Positions 9,429 through 19,000 of a stretch of 64,000 nucleotides of DNA are shown here, in pieces (the first letter of the stretch is position 1; each line of letters starts with the position of its first letter). The DNA is from an uncultured virus (IMG/VR IMGVR_UViG_3300010282_000326) (taxonomy: Duplodnaviria; Heunggongvirae; Uroviricota; Caudoviricetes). Under the pieces are notes generated by a model. That model did no database searches. It worked only from the letters and a program-made list of their open reading frames with translations, and was not told where the DNA came from. The stretch lies in IMG/VR virus record IMGVR_UViG_3300010282_000326. One strand, written 5' to 3'. A program made the translations under genes and the position numbers.

Positions 9429-10181
9429 ATGCAAGAGAAGTCACTAACAAGTTCTGTGGCTAGTTGGTTTAAGGACTTGAAAGATTATTGGATGTTATAC
9501 TTCAAGTTGAAGTTTTATAAGGTAGGATTGTTTTTTCAGAATGCAAAGAGATTAAATCTCTGGGGTAGATTCTTACTTAAAATTGAAAGTATTGTAATTT
9601 TTACATTATTTATAATAACTATTATAGGTAAAAGGATAAAAGAGTCTGCAATATATAAATGGTTTGTAAAAACTAGATTTTATAAAATGTGCAGACATTA
9701 TAGTATTCGATTTAAGAAAGCAGTTGGTTATTATAAACTGAAAGTTCTTAAATTTAGTAATAAATGTGTAACAAATATAATCGATGCAAGAGAGGATTAT
9801 ATTGATAGAATAGAAGATAGTTCTAAACTGGAAAAAATATTAAAAATTAATGACTCAAATAGAAAGTATAAAGTTGATTATACTCCGACAGATATATCAG
9901 CTTGTGATAAATATGCTTCCAGTTTAGGTTTAGAAATATATTACATCGTTTATGATAATGCAAGGGCTAAAGAATATGGTAGTCAGAGAAAGATTAAATC
10001 TGATACAAATGTGTTGTTTAGTTTATCAGGTATAGATAGCATAACAAAGAAGTATGGAAAGAATGCAATAATCGATATAGTTGGGGTAGATAATAAAAGT
10101 ATTCAGCATAGTATCTTCCATTATGAAAGACATATTGAAGGTTTTTATTTAGACTTCCTTTCAAATATTGAGTGTGCTTAA
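9429..10181 (+). CDS. hypothetical protein with possible TM segment
   Basis: Start reassigned to ATG 9429 after AAGGAG; hydrophobic IVIFTLFIITII. Confidence 0.7.
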   Translation: MQEKSLTSSVASWFKDLKDYWMLYFKLKFYKVGLFFQNAKRLNLWGRFLLKIESIVIFTLFIITIIGKRIKESAIYKWFVKTRFYKMCRHYSIRFKKAVGYYKLKVLKFSNKCVTNIIDAREDYIDRIEDSSKLEKILKINDSNRKYKVDYTPTDISACDKYASSLGLEIYYIVYDNARAKEYGSQRKIKSDTNVLFSLSGIDSITKKYGKNAIIDIVGVDNKSIQHSIFHYERHIEGFYLDFLSNIECA

Positions 10182-10187
10182 GTATTG

Positions 10188-10219
10188 AAAAAGACTTGAC
10201 TTTTTGTCAGGTCTTTTTT
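10188..10219 (+). terminator. intrinsic terminator (possibly bidirectional)
   Basis: AAAAAGACTTGAC / GTCAGGTCTTTTT. Confidence 0.65.
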
Positions 10220-10263
10220 GATATATTGTATAATATTTAGATTTCAATTTGGAGGTGTTTATT

Positions 10264-11553
10264 ATGGAAGATATGGAAAATCTACCTTATCATAGAAAGT
10301 ATCGACCAAATACATTAACTAAATATATAGGTAATGAAAAGCTTAAAGAGACTGCTATGGCAGCATTACAGGGTAATAAGCGACCTCAGGTTATTTTATT
10401 ATATGGAGATTCTGGTTGTGGTAAAACCACTTTTGCTCGACTGCTTGCTAAGGAGTATTCTTGTGAGAATAGAGATGATGAGCATGGTGCTTGTGGAGAA
10501 TGTCCTAACTGTCAGATGATAGATGAATATATAGTCACTGGTAATTTGGATATGATAACTAATATACAAGAAATTGATATCACAGACCAAAGTGGTAAGA
10601 ATGATTTATCTGCTATCTTAGAGGATATGATGTTACCTACTTATGGAAATGAGTGGAAGATTTATATTCTTGATGAAGCACATCAGGCTTCTCAGGCATT
10701 ACAGAATAGACTTCTTAAGATTACAGAAGAGCCACCAGAACATGTGCTTATAATGTTTTGTACTACTAATCCAGAGAAGTTGATTCCTACACTTAAGAAT
10801 AGATGTCAATTACAACTTCATGTTCAAAAGCCTAAAGTTAAGGAATTAGCAGGTTTACTTCGTTATGTTTGTCAATGTGAACAAGTTGAATATGATATGC
10901 GAGGTCTTGAGTTTATAGCAAACAGAGGCGAATTAACCATAAGAACTGCATTACAGAATCTTCAACAGGTAGTTACGGAGCAACAGTGTGCAGATTATAA
11001 TAGTGCAACTAAGGTATTCGAGACAATTTCTAATGCACTTATTATGGATATTTTTACAGCATTAAAATCCAAGGACGTTTTTAGATTCGTAACTCTCCTT
11101 TACGAAATAAAGGCGAAAATGGATTTAACTGTGTTCTTGACTGAGTTGAAAGGCTTTGTTATTCGAGGTATCTATACTATCAATGGCATAACTTTAGATG
11201 GAGTTTCTGATAATGAGTTGAAGGTATATCGAAATTTATTTGGTGATTTAGGGGTATCTCAAATCAGTTATTTACTTAAAAGATTGCTTAGTTTAGATAC
11301 GAGAAATCTTGAAATAGAACTACTTTCTTTGGGGTATGCAGGTTTGGATTTACCAGTACAAGAAGAGAAAAAAGATGTTGTAATTAAGCCTATTGAAGGT
11401 GAGTTAGCTTTAGAAGAGAAAAATGCAAATTCAGTCATTAAAGAGAAACGAGAGGCTGATTATGATAAAGGTGTTGAGAATGCATCTAATATGATGCAGG
11501 CAGCAAGTATTGAGTCCATTTTAAGTATGGGTGGTTCTTTAGTTAATAAATGA
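10264..11553 (+). CDS. dnaX: DNA polymerase III gamma/tau-like clamp-loader subunit
   Basis: RKYRP N-terminal motif, Walker A GDSGCGKTT, C4 zinc motif, Walker B DEAH, LLKITEEPP, NRC in place of SRC; start reassigned after GGAGG. Confidence 0.9.
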   Translation: MEDMENLPYHRKYRPNTLTKYIGNEKLKETAMAALQGNKRPQVILLYGDSGCGKTTFARLLAKEYSCENRDDEHGACGECPNCQMIDEYIVTGNLDMITNIQEIDITDQSGKNDLSAILEDMMLPTYGNEWKIYILDEAHQASQALQNRLLKITEEPPEHVLIMFCTTNPEKLIPTLKNRCQLQLHVQKPKVKELAGLLRYVCQCEQVEYDMRGLEFIANRGELTIRTALQNLQQVVTEQQCADYNSATKVFETISNALIMDIFTALKSKDVFRFVTLLYEIKAKMDLTVFLTELKGFVIRGIYTINGITLDGVSDNELKVYRNLFGDLGVSQISYLLKRLLSLDTRNLEIELLSLGYAGLDLPVQEEKKDVVIKPIEGELALEEKNANSVIKEKREADYDKGVENASNMMQAASIESILSMGGSLVNK

Positions 11554-11622
11554 TTCTTTAATTTATTAATAAATTCCTTGTAGCGTTTTTCTACAAAAAA
11601 CTAAATAAGGAGGTAAAGAGCT

Positions 11623-12432
11623 ATGAAGATTGCTACAAAGAGTCAAAGACTGTTCAGCAGAATGCTTCTTGTTTTTTGCATGATGAGTATCATTGCATTT
11701 GCAAGCCCAGTGTTAATTCATGCTGAAGGTGGTCTAAGTGGTGACGGCATTGGCAGTTCTACTACTGAAGATGGTGGTAATTCTGGCGATGACGATTCAA
11801 TTTCTGATTATCTCAAGGGGTACACTCCAGTTACCGATGAGAATATGCAGAAAGCATCTAAGTTGGCTGGACCGATTGCAAGTGCTATCGGTACCGTATC
11901 AGGTTTCATTATTATTGTAGTAAGTGCAGGAATTTTTCTTGTAACAGCCTTAGACCTATGTTATATAGGTTTACCATTTACTCGTAATATGCTTGCCCCT
12001 CAAGCTGTAGGTGGAGGTGCACCTATGGGAGGCATGGGCATGGGTATGGGAGGTATGGGTGGCATGATGGGAGGTGCTGGAGCACAACCTCAGCCACGCA
12101 AATGGGTTTCAGATGAAGCAATCCAAGCAGTTGCTATGGCTAACCCTCAAGGTGGAGCAATGGGTGGCTCACCTATGATGGGTGGAGGCATGGGAATGGG
12201 TATGGGTGCTATGGGAGGCATGGGTGCTATGGGAGGCGGTCAGCCAGTACCTACCAAGTCTGTTATCCTCACATACCTTAAAAAGAGGTCATTCTTCATA
12301 ATTGTATTTACAATCTGTACAATTCTTCTTATGAGTTCTGTATTTACAGATTGTGGTATAAATCTTGCAGAGTTACTTTACAAAGTACTTAACAAGTTTA
12401 ATGGAGAAATCTCTAATGTATCTGTTGATTAA
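11623..12432 (+). CDS. membrane protein, paralogue family member 1, with Gly/Met-rich loops
   Basis: Signal peptide and TM helices; motif ALDLCYIGLP...WVSDEA..AV...YLKKR shared with the 14189 and 15125 genes. Confidence 0.8.
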   Translation: MKIATKSQRLFSRMLLVFCMMSIIAFASPVLIHAEGGLSGDGIGSSTTEDGGNSGDDDSISDYLKGYTPVTDENMQKASKLAGPIASAIGTVSGFIIIVVSAGIFLVTALDLCYIGLPFTRNMLAPQAVGGGAPMGGMGMGMGGMGGMMGGAGAQPQPRKWVSDEAIQAVAMANPQGGAMGGSPMMGGGMGMGMGAMGGMGAMGGGQPVPTKSVILTYLKKRSFFIIVFTICTILLMSSVFTDCGINLAELLYKVLNKFNGEISNVSVD

Positions 12433-12460
12433 TCAGATATAACAAAATAATCATATTTTT

Positions 12461-12496
12461 GGTGAGAGAATGAAAATTTCTCTCACCTTTCTTTTT
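12461..12496 (+). terminator. intrinsic terminator
   Basis: GGTGAGAGAA / TTCTCTCACC hairpin plus T-rich tail. Confidence 0.75.
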
Positions 12497-12557
12497 ATTT
12501 ATCTGATATCTAAATATTTTACATGATTGTTTTTTAGTAGAAAGTTGGTGATTTTCT

Positions 12558-12833
12558 ATGGAAATTTTTAGAGCATTATTAGATTCTGCAAAGAAGAAAG
12601 ATTCAACTCCAATGGAAAGATTGGAGGTAAATCGTGTAAGAACTACTATTGAGGATTTATGTGAGGAACACCTTACTAATAGTGATGACCTATTTAAGTT
12701 TGAGGCATTACCATCAGCGATTGATGCTGTTTTAGCTACACTTGAGGGTGAGAAGTTCCAAGAGAAGTATGAATTTCAACAGGTAGATGAAACTATTTTT
12801 GTTGTCAGATTGAAAGAGTTAAATATTCTTTAG
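12558..12833 (+). CDS. hypothetical protein
   Basis: 91-aa ORF at the head of a long operon. Confidence 0.75.
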   Translation: MEIFRALLDSAKKKDSTPMERLEVNRVRTTIEDLCEEHLTNSDDLFKFEALPSAIDAVLATLEGEKFQEKYEFQQVDETIFVVRLKELNIL

Positions 12834-12845
12834 GTTGGTGATTAT

Positions 12846-13358
12846 ATGGAAATGGATAAAACAAGTATAGCTATTAAGGTTTATGTGATAGCTGAAGAGT
12901 ATGGTGTTCCTCGCACTATAGTTAAATCTATAATTTCAAGTTATATTGATTATTGTAAAGATTTGATTTTACATGGAGAAAGGGTTGACTTTGTTGGGCT
13001 AGTTTCTGTAGTTCCAGATGTTCAAGTAGAGACTTATAATTCAACTCTTGCATTTGAGTGTACTAAACTTGCAGATGTTTTAGGAATTCCATATAATACT
13101 GTATTTATTATAATAAGAGAATATATTAATGGACTTATAGATGAATTATTAAATGGAAAGTCCGTAGAAATAAGGGGTATCGTTACTATGAAACCTTATT
13201 ATGAGAATGATAAGATTGGTGGAATACACGCTTCAATTTCTACGAGTATTAAAAAAGCATTATCTTTAATTGATTCTCCAGTTTCTTTTGTTCGTGTTCA
13301 TACACATAAGTTATTAAAGTATAATTTACAACAAGTTAATTCAAAGTTAGCTTCGTAA
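12846..13358 (+). CDS. tandem HU/IHF-like DNA-binding protein
   Basis: Two HU-like repeats: IAEEYGVP...LILHGERVDFVGLVSV and LADVLGIP...LLNGKSVEIRGIVTM. Confidence 0.55.
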   Translation: MEMDKTSIAIKVYVIAEEYGVPRTIVKSIISSYIDYCKDLILHGERVDFVGLVSVVPDVQVETYNSTLAFECTKLADVLGIPYNTVFIIIREYINGLIDELLNGKSVEIRGIVTMKPYYENDKIGGIHASISTSIKKALSLIDSPVSFVRVHTHKLLKYNLQQVNSKLAS

Positions 13359-13407
13359 AAGTAAATATAAAAATAATTATTATGTAGTTGTAAGGTGGTG
13401 TTAGGAT

Positions 13408-14160
13408 TTGACTGGTAAGACACACAAAGCAGGTGGAATGTTATGTAGTATAATAGGATTCGCAATCCTGCGAGAAAAAGGTCTTTTACTGCCAGAGGTT
13501 AGTGAAGGAATTCAGTGGTTAGTTATGTATCCATTCTGTATATGGGGTAGTCTAGCAAGTGATTTAGACCATAATCCAGATTCAATACCGATGAAGGATA
13601 TTCCTAGTACAGCAGTGAATAAAGTATTACATTTAACACACCCTTTAGTCAAGACAATAGAAAAGGCTTCATCAGAAAGCGAGAGAAAAAAGAATGTAGT
13701 TTATCAAGGTGCTAAGTTCCTAGATGCTAAGCATAGAAGTTGGCAAACTCATTCAGATTTAACACTTTATGTGTTAATAGGGCTTCTTTATTGTATTATG
13801 AATAATAAGTTCACATTTCTTTCTGCTTTAGATGTTTCTTTACTATCAATTGTATTAATGGGAATTTCGTTAGGTATAATAGCACATTTCATACTGGATA
13901 TGATAACGCCAGAAGGGGTATGGTGTATACCATTTGTTTTGGTCAATGCTTTTTTAGGAATATTTAATCCTAGACTAAAAATATTACCTGAGAAGATACA
14001 TTTCGTACCTCATAAGAAATTCTTTGCAACAGGTGGTAAATGGGAAGAGTTTATACAAAAAGTTCTTAAATGGGCTACAATAGTAGCAAGTATTTGGTTC
14101 TTCTTTACTCTTCTAGTACCAGATTGGAAATCGTTAATACCTTTTACTATTTCATTTTAG
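13408..14160 (+). CDS. membrane-bound metal-dependent hydrolase (YdjM-like)
   Basis: TH...GSLASDLDH...HRSWQTHS...HFILDMITPEG motifs; TTG start. Confidence 0.8.
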   Translation: MTGKTHKAGGMLCSIIGFAILREKGLLLPEVSEGIQWLVMYPFCIWGSLASDLDHNPDSIPMKDIPSTAVNKVLHLTHPLVKTIEKASSESERKKNVVYQGAKFLDAKHRSWQTHSDLTLYVLIGLLYCIMNNKFTFLSALDVSLLSIVLMGISLGIIAHFILDMITPEGVWCIPFVLVNAFLGIFNPRLKILPEKIHFVPHKKFFATGGKWEEFIQKVLKWATIVASIWFFFTLLVPDWKSLIPFTISF

Positions 14161-14188
14161 AAGAATAAATTTTAAGGAGGACATTGTT

Positions 14189-15097
14189 ATGAAGGTAACA
14201 AAAAGAAGCCAAAAAGTTTTGGCTATCATAATGTTGAGTCTTATGATGTTAGGCTCATTTATGTATCTTAAGCCTAAAGCAGGCGGTGCAGATACGAGTG
14301 CAGCAGAGGCTGAAGCAGCATTAAAGACTGCAGTTTATCAGGGTTCTATAACCACATCTTACGATATGCTTGATTTCGCAACTGATGAGTTCAAGACAGA
14401 AGGTGGTGGTTTCAAGCTTTACACTAGCATTTCTAATTACGATAATTACATTAATGCAGATGTATTTAGTACATTAAAAGCTGGTGAGAAGCAGAAGTTC
14501 TTAAAAGATGAGCTTCAGATTGGTAATGCTATGGTTTATGCTACTGAGAATGATGACCCATTAGGTGGTGGTGTTACATCTGATACACTTAATGGTATGC
14601 TTCAGACTTTACAGGATAAGTCAGGTATGGGTTCTCAGCTTTTAGCTACACTGCTTAGTGAAACTAAGCCAGATTATGCAACAGCAAATAGATTATATAA
14701 GCCATTCAGTGGTGTAGTTGGTACAATACTTGGTGTTATATCAATTCTCATTATGGCACTCTTAGGTATAACAATGGCACTTGATATTGCATTTATCGTT
14801 ATCCCTGCATTCCAGCTTATTATGGGTGGAGATGATGGTGGAAATGGTAAAGAGGGTAGTAAGTTCTCTAAGCTTATTTCAGTTGAAGCTCGTAATGCAG
14901 TAAATGCAGCCGAAGGTGGCGGAGGTGCAGGTGGTCAAGATGGCTCAGGACATAAGATGGCACTTGGTATATATTTCAAGGCTAGATGGAAAGGCTTAGT
15001 TATTCTTGGTATCTGTTTGTTATACTTAGTACAAGGTCAGATTTACAGCTTTGTAGCTTGGGTAATAGACCTTTTAAGTGGTTTCTTAGGTTTCTAA
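14189..15097 (+). CDS. membrane protein, paralogue family member 2
   Basis: ALDIAFIVIPAFQ...ISVEARNAV...YFKAR...CLLYLVQG. Confidence 0.8.
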   Translation: MKVTKRSQKVLAIIMLSLMMLGSFMYLKPKAGGADTSAAEAEAALKTAVYQGSITTSYDMLDFATDEFKTEGGGFKLYTSISNYDNYINADVFSTLKAGEKQKFLKDELQIGNAMVYATENDDPLGGGVTSDTLNGMLQTLQDKSGMGSQLLATLLSETKPDYATANRLYKPFSGVVGTILGVISILIMALLGITMALDIAFIVIPAFQLIMGGDDGGNGKEGSKFSKLISVEARNAVNAAEGGGGAGGQDGSGHKMALGIYFKARWKGLVILGICLLYLVQGQIYSFVAWVIDLLSGFLGF

Positions 15098-15124
15098 GTT
15101 TTTACTCATTAGGAGGTAGTGTAT

Positions 15125-15997
15125 ATGAGAAGGATTTTGAGTTCTGTTTTAGCACTACTCTTAATAATGGGGGTAGTCGTAAGACTATCCCCATTTTATT
15201 ATGTTAATGCTAGTGCTAATCCAACAATAACAATTGATGCAGGAAATACAACAGAAGTTAGCAAGATACAAGATTGTTGTATTCAAATAAATGACGATAT
15301 TAAAACAGATGTTTTAACTGGTAAGTCAGGTAATAAAAGTCAACAAGAACTTCAGTGGGATTATCTTGAATATAAGCTTGAAGCAGGTACTGGGGTTTCT
15401 AAAGGTGCAAAAACTACTATTACAATTACTATAAATCAAACAAGATATAAGGCTTTAAGTCAGGAGAAGCGACAAGACTTAATGGAGATAGCTTTAACAG
15501 GGATTCAGAATAGTGGTATGAGTACTACAAATAGAAATAAAATGTATAATTTCGTTTCTAAATCTGATGAGGCTACTGCAAGTTTAGTAAGACAGTTAAG
15601 TAATGATGTGAATGCTGATTTTGGTGAGGCTTATTCAATGTTTAAGCCATTTACAGGTGTTTTAGGTACTTTCTTAGGTGTTTTATCTTTATTGATATTT
15701 ATTTTACTTGGTATTACCGTAACTATAGATTTGGCTTATATTAACATACCAGCTTTCCAGATATTCTGTATGGGTGCTACAAAAGAGGAAAAGCCTAAGT
15801 TTGTTTCTATTGAAGCAGTTAATGCAGTTAAAGAGTCAGAAACAAAGCCAGACACAAGTTCTGGAGTAGCTTATTTCAGAATGAAGACAAAGCAATTTAT
15901 AGCTTTAGGTGTTTGCTTATTATATTTAGTTAGTGGTAAACTCTATGTATTGTTAGCAAATATAATTGACTACTTCCAAGGGGTATTACCAGATTAA
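15125..15997 (+). CDS. membrane protein, paralogue family member 3
   Basis: TIDLAYINIPAFQ...VSIEAVNAV...YFRMK...CLLYLVSG. Confidence 0.8.
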   Translation: MRRILSSVLALLLIMGVVVRLSPFYYVNASANPTITIDAGNTTEVSKIQDCCIQINDDIKTDVLTGKSGNKSQQELQWDYLEYKLEAGTGVSKGAKTTITITINQTRYKALSQEKRQDLMEIALTGIQNSGMSTTNRNKMYNFVSKSDEATASLVRQLSNDVNADFGEAYSMFKPFTGVLGTFLGVLSLLIFILLGITVTIDLAYINIPAFQIFCMGATKEEKPKFVSIEAVNAVKESETKPDTSSGVAYFRMKTKQFIALGVCLLYLVSGKLYVLLANIIDYFQGVLPD

Positions 15998-16016
15998 GTT
16001 AGAGGAGGTTTAACCT

Positions 16017-19000
16017 ATGTTAAGGTTGATACAAAAATACAATATAAAAAGGGGAATTGCATCTGTTCTTGCTTTGCTGATGCTTGTATCAGCTTTTGCT
16101 AGTATTAAGCCTTTAGATGCTAAGGCAGATTCAAATGACCGAAGGAAGACTTACTTAGAGCTTATGGCAGGTAAAGATTTAACTGATATAAGTGATGTTA
16201 GTGCATTAACGAGTGAGGATTTAAGATGTATAGCTTTATTCTTATCTAACTATTACTTACCTTTTTCTACAGTGTTAGATAATACTGATGCTGAGGTAGC
16301 AGCAAGCAATAAAGCTAATATGGTAGACTGTTTAAAGAAGATTGGTTTTGATGGAGAAGCAGCAGAACAAATTGTGGAAACAATTTATAAGCAGACTTTA
16401 GCTACTGCAAAGCCATTATATGTAGATGGTTTAGATGCTAATAGAACAATAGATTCAAGTGTGTCAGCTGATTGGACATCTTTTGGTTGGGGTAAAGACC
16501 ATAATGACCCAGGAGTTACTGGAAATTCTTTTAAGACACAGGATTATAAAGATCATGTAGGTGAAATGATTGATGACAAATACACTCCTTTAACATTATT
16601 TATTTGGGATTCAGTTATGAGAGACCAATCTGATAGACCATCAGATGGGTTAAATTCAGGAAATATAACTCTTTATTGGGATAATGATGGAACAATGCAA
16701 CCTTGTTTTAAGGTTGATAATTTAGTAAGAAACTTGTATATATCCATGACATCAACTCCAAATGGCTCAAGTCAAAAGAAAATGTCAGCTTGGGGTGACG
16801 GAGCTATGGGAAATGCAATGGCATTAATAAAAGGTGGAAAGACAGACACAGATGGGGTAGTTTTAGGTGCTGATGGTCAAGAGTTATCTGAAACAGAAAT
16901 TTATGCTTCATTTATCTTTACTGAGAAAATGTATGTAGACTGGGTTGGTAATATAGTAGCTGATTTAGGTACACATAGAGTAGTAGTTTTTCCAGCAGCT
17001 TGTAATCCTTATGTATTTTCACATATAGGTGAGGCTACTTCAACAGATGCAGCTGATTTAAGCCCACATGCTAATTTAATATCTGTTCAGACACAACAAA
17101 TGATAAAGAGAATGGGTAGTTGGTTTGATGTTGATGACAGTGGTTTAATTACTAGTTCAACTAATGGTGTTGCATCTATATTAACTGAAGTAGCTTCATT
17201 AGACCCAGATTATCAAACTAAGCATGACCTAAAAACTGGTGGTTATTTGTTATCTAGTAGTTTTAAGATACAATCAGAAATGAAGATGTCATATAATAAT
17301 ACTAAGCAAGTTACATGGGATTCTTATGAGAAGTTTTGGGGTGGTAATACATCTAAGGATTCAGCAAAACAATTGAAGAAAAGAGCTGCAGATATGAAGA
17401 TTTCTGGTACATATCCATATGATAACCCAGATGATGATTGGGCTGCAGATGGCGAATTCAATATGAGTTTTAGGACTGTAGTATTAGGTAATAAAGATAC
17501 TGTTTCAACATATTTAGTATATAAATCTATACCTAATGTAGATGAGTTAGAGGATGATGCTTTAGGTAGTCAGTCTTTTGTTGTAAATGATTTTATGAAG
17601 TCTAATTTGAAAGAGACTCCATATTTTAACTCTGTTCAGAGTGATATAGGTGCAGGAAAGTTCAAAGTTTTTACTGCGAATGCTTCTGATTCTGCTGAGT
17701 TGGCAAACTACTTTATAAGTTATGCTTTTGCTTATGCAAATAAAGATGCTGTAAATGGTGAGAGTTATAAAGGTAGTGAAGCTAAATATTATGTTGATAT
17801 AAAGTTTAATGATATCTTCCCTAATACTGATGGTGAGGCTATTGAGTGGGAAACAAATTCACATACTGGTGATAAAGTTATGAGTTTTGTTTACTATTTA
17901 TTACATCCAGTTGAAGGTGCAGCTTATGTAGCAACTTTATTTAAGAATAAAGTTTCAGGTATTATTGTAGGTTGGCATGAAGATGTAGTAGGTGGTACAG
18001 ATTCAAATTATACAACAGGTATGACAAAGTACTTAGGATTCACGGGGTATGCTACGAGTCCAAGTTTATATGATATAGATTGGATAGCAGGTATTTTAGA
18101 TACCTATAATAATCTTATAGTTTATGTAATAATATTGTTATGTGTGATATTGTTATGCTATGTATTAATAGGTAGTTTAACAATACAAAGAGGTGTAATT
18201 GGTGTATTTTGTTTTGCAATATTAGCGTTTTTACCTCCAGTTGCTATTAATGCAAGTGTAGAAATGATAAATAGAACTTGTGATAGTATTTATAGTAGTA
18301 AATTTGATTATTGGGCTATATGTCAGGTGGAGGGCTATTTACCTAAATTAAATGCAATTCAACAAGCTGATAATGTTAATGATTATATAGCAGCTTTAAT
18401 GGATATAAAGACTGTTAATGATAGTATTGCTGGTGAGTCAGAGTCTACATTCTCAGGTGTTAAATTAAAGTGGGTATCACCTAAGAAATTTAATGATATG
18501 ACAGCAGTAACAAATGAATTATCGGAGTCACAGCAAATGTCATCAACATTTTCTCCTACTTTTATTCATGTATTATCAAATTCTTTAGCTTCTACAAATT
18601 CAACTGAGGAATTTGTTCAAGATGCAGATTACTTATATAGAGATTATTTAGATATTTATAGGTATGCTTCAACAAGTTATAATTTATATACTACATTTAA
18701 TTTAAATGACTCTATTAGGAAGTCAGGTACAAAAGTTTCACTTGATGGTGGTGATACTACAGTTAGTAATGCTATTTTAGCAGGTGCAAAAACATATAAT
18801 TCTGTTGGTGAGAACTGGTTATCTTGTACTTATGCTTATATCCCAGATTCAAGTGTTAAAGATACATTTAATCTTTCAAAAGATGGCATGGCTACACAGT
18901 TTGTACCTAGAAATATTAAGTACCTTGATAGTGGTTTAAACTTTGCAATGTTTGCTGTAGATGCTAATAGCCCTAAAGATAAAAATACAGCCTATTCAAG

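Noticed and set aside
10196..10234. CTTGACTTTT as a fourth copy of the topoisomerase-type promoter before dnaX
   Set aside because: Spacing to the nearest -10-like hexamers is 20 bp or more, and the sequence forms a terminator hairpin
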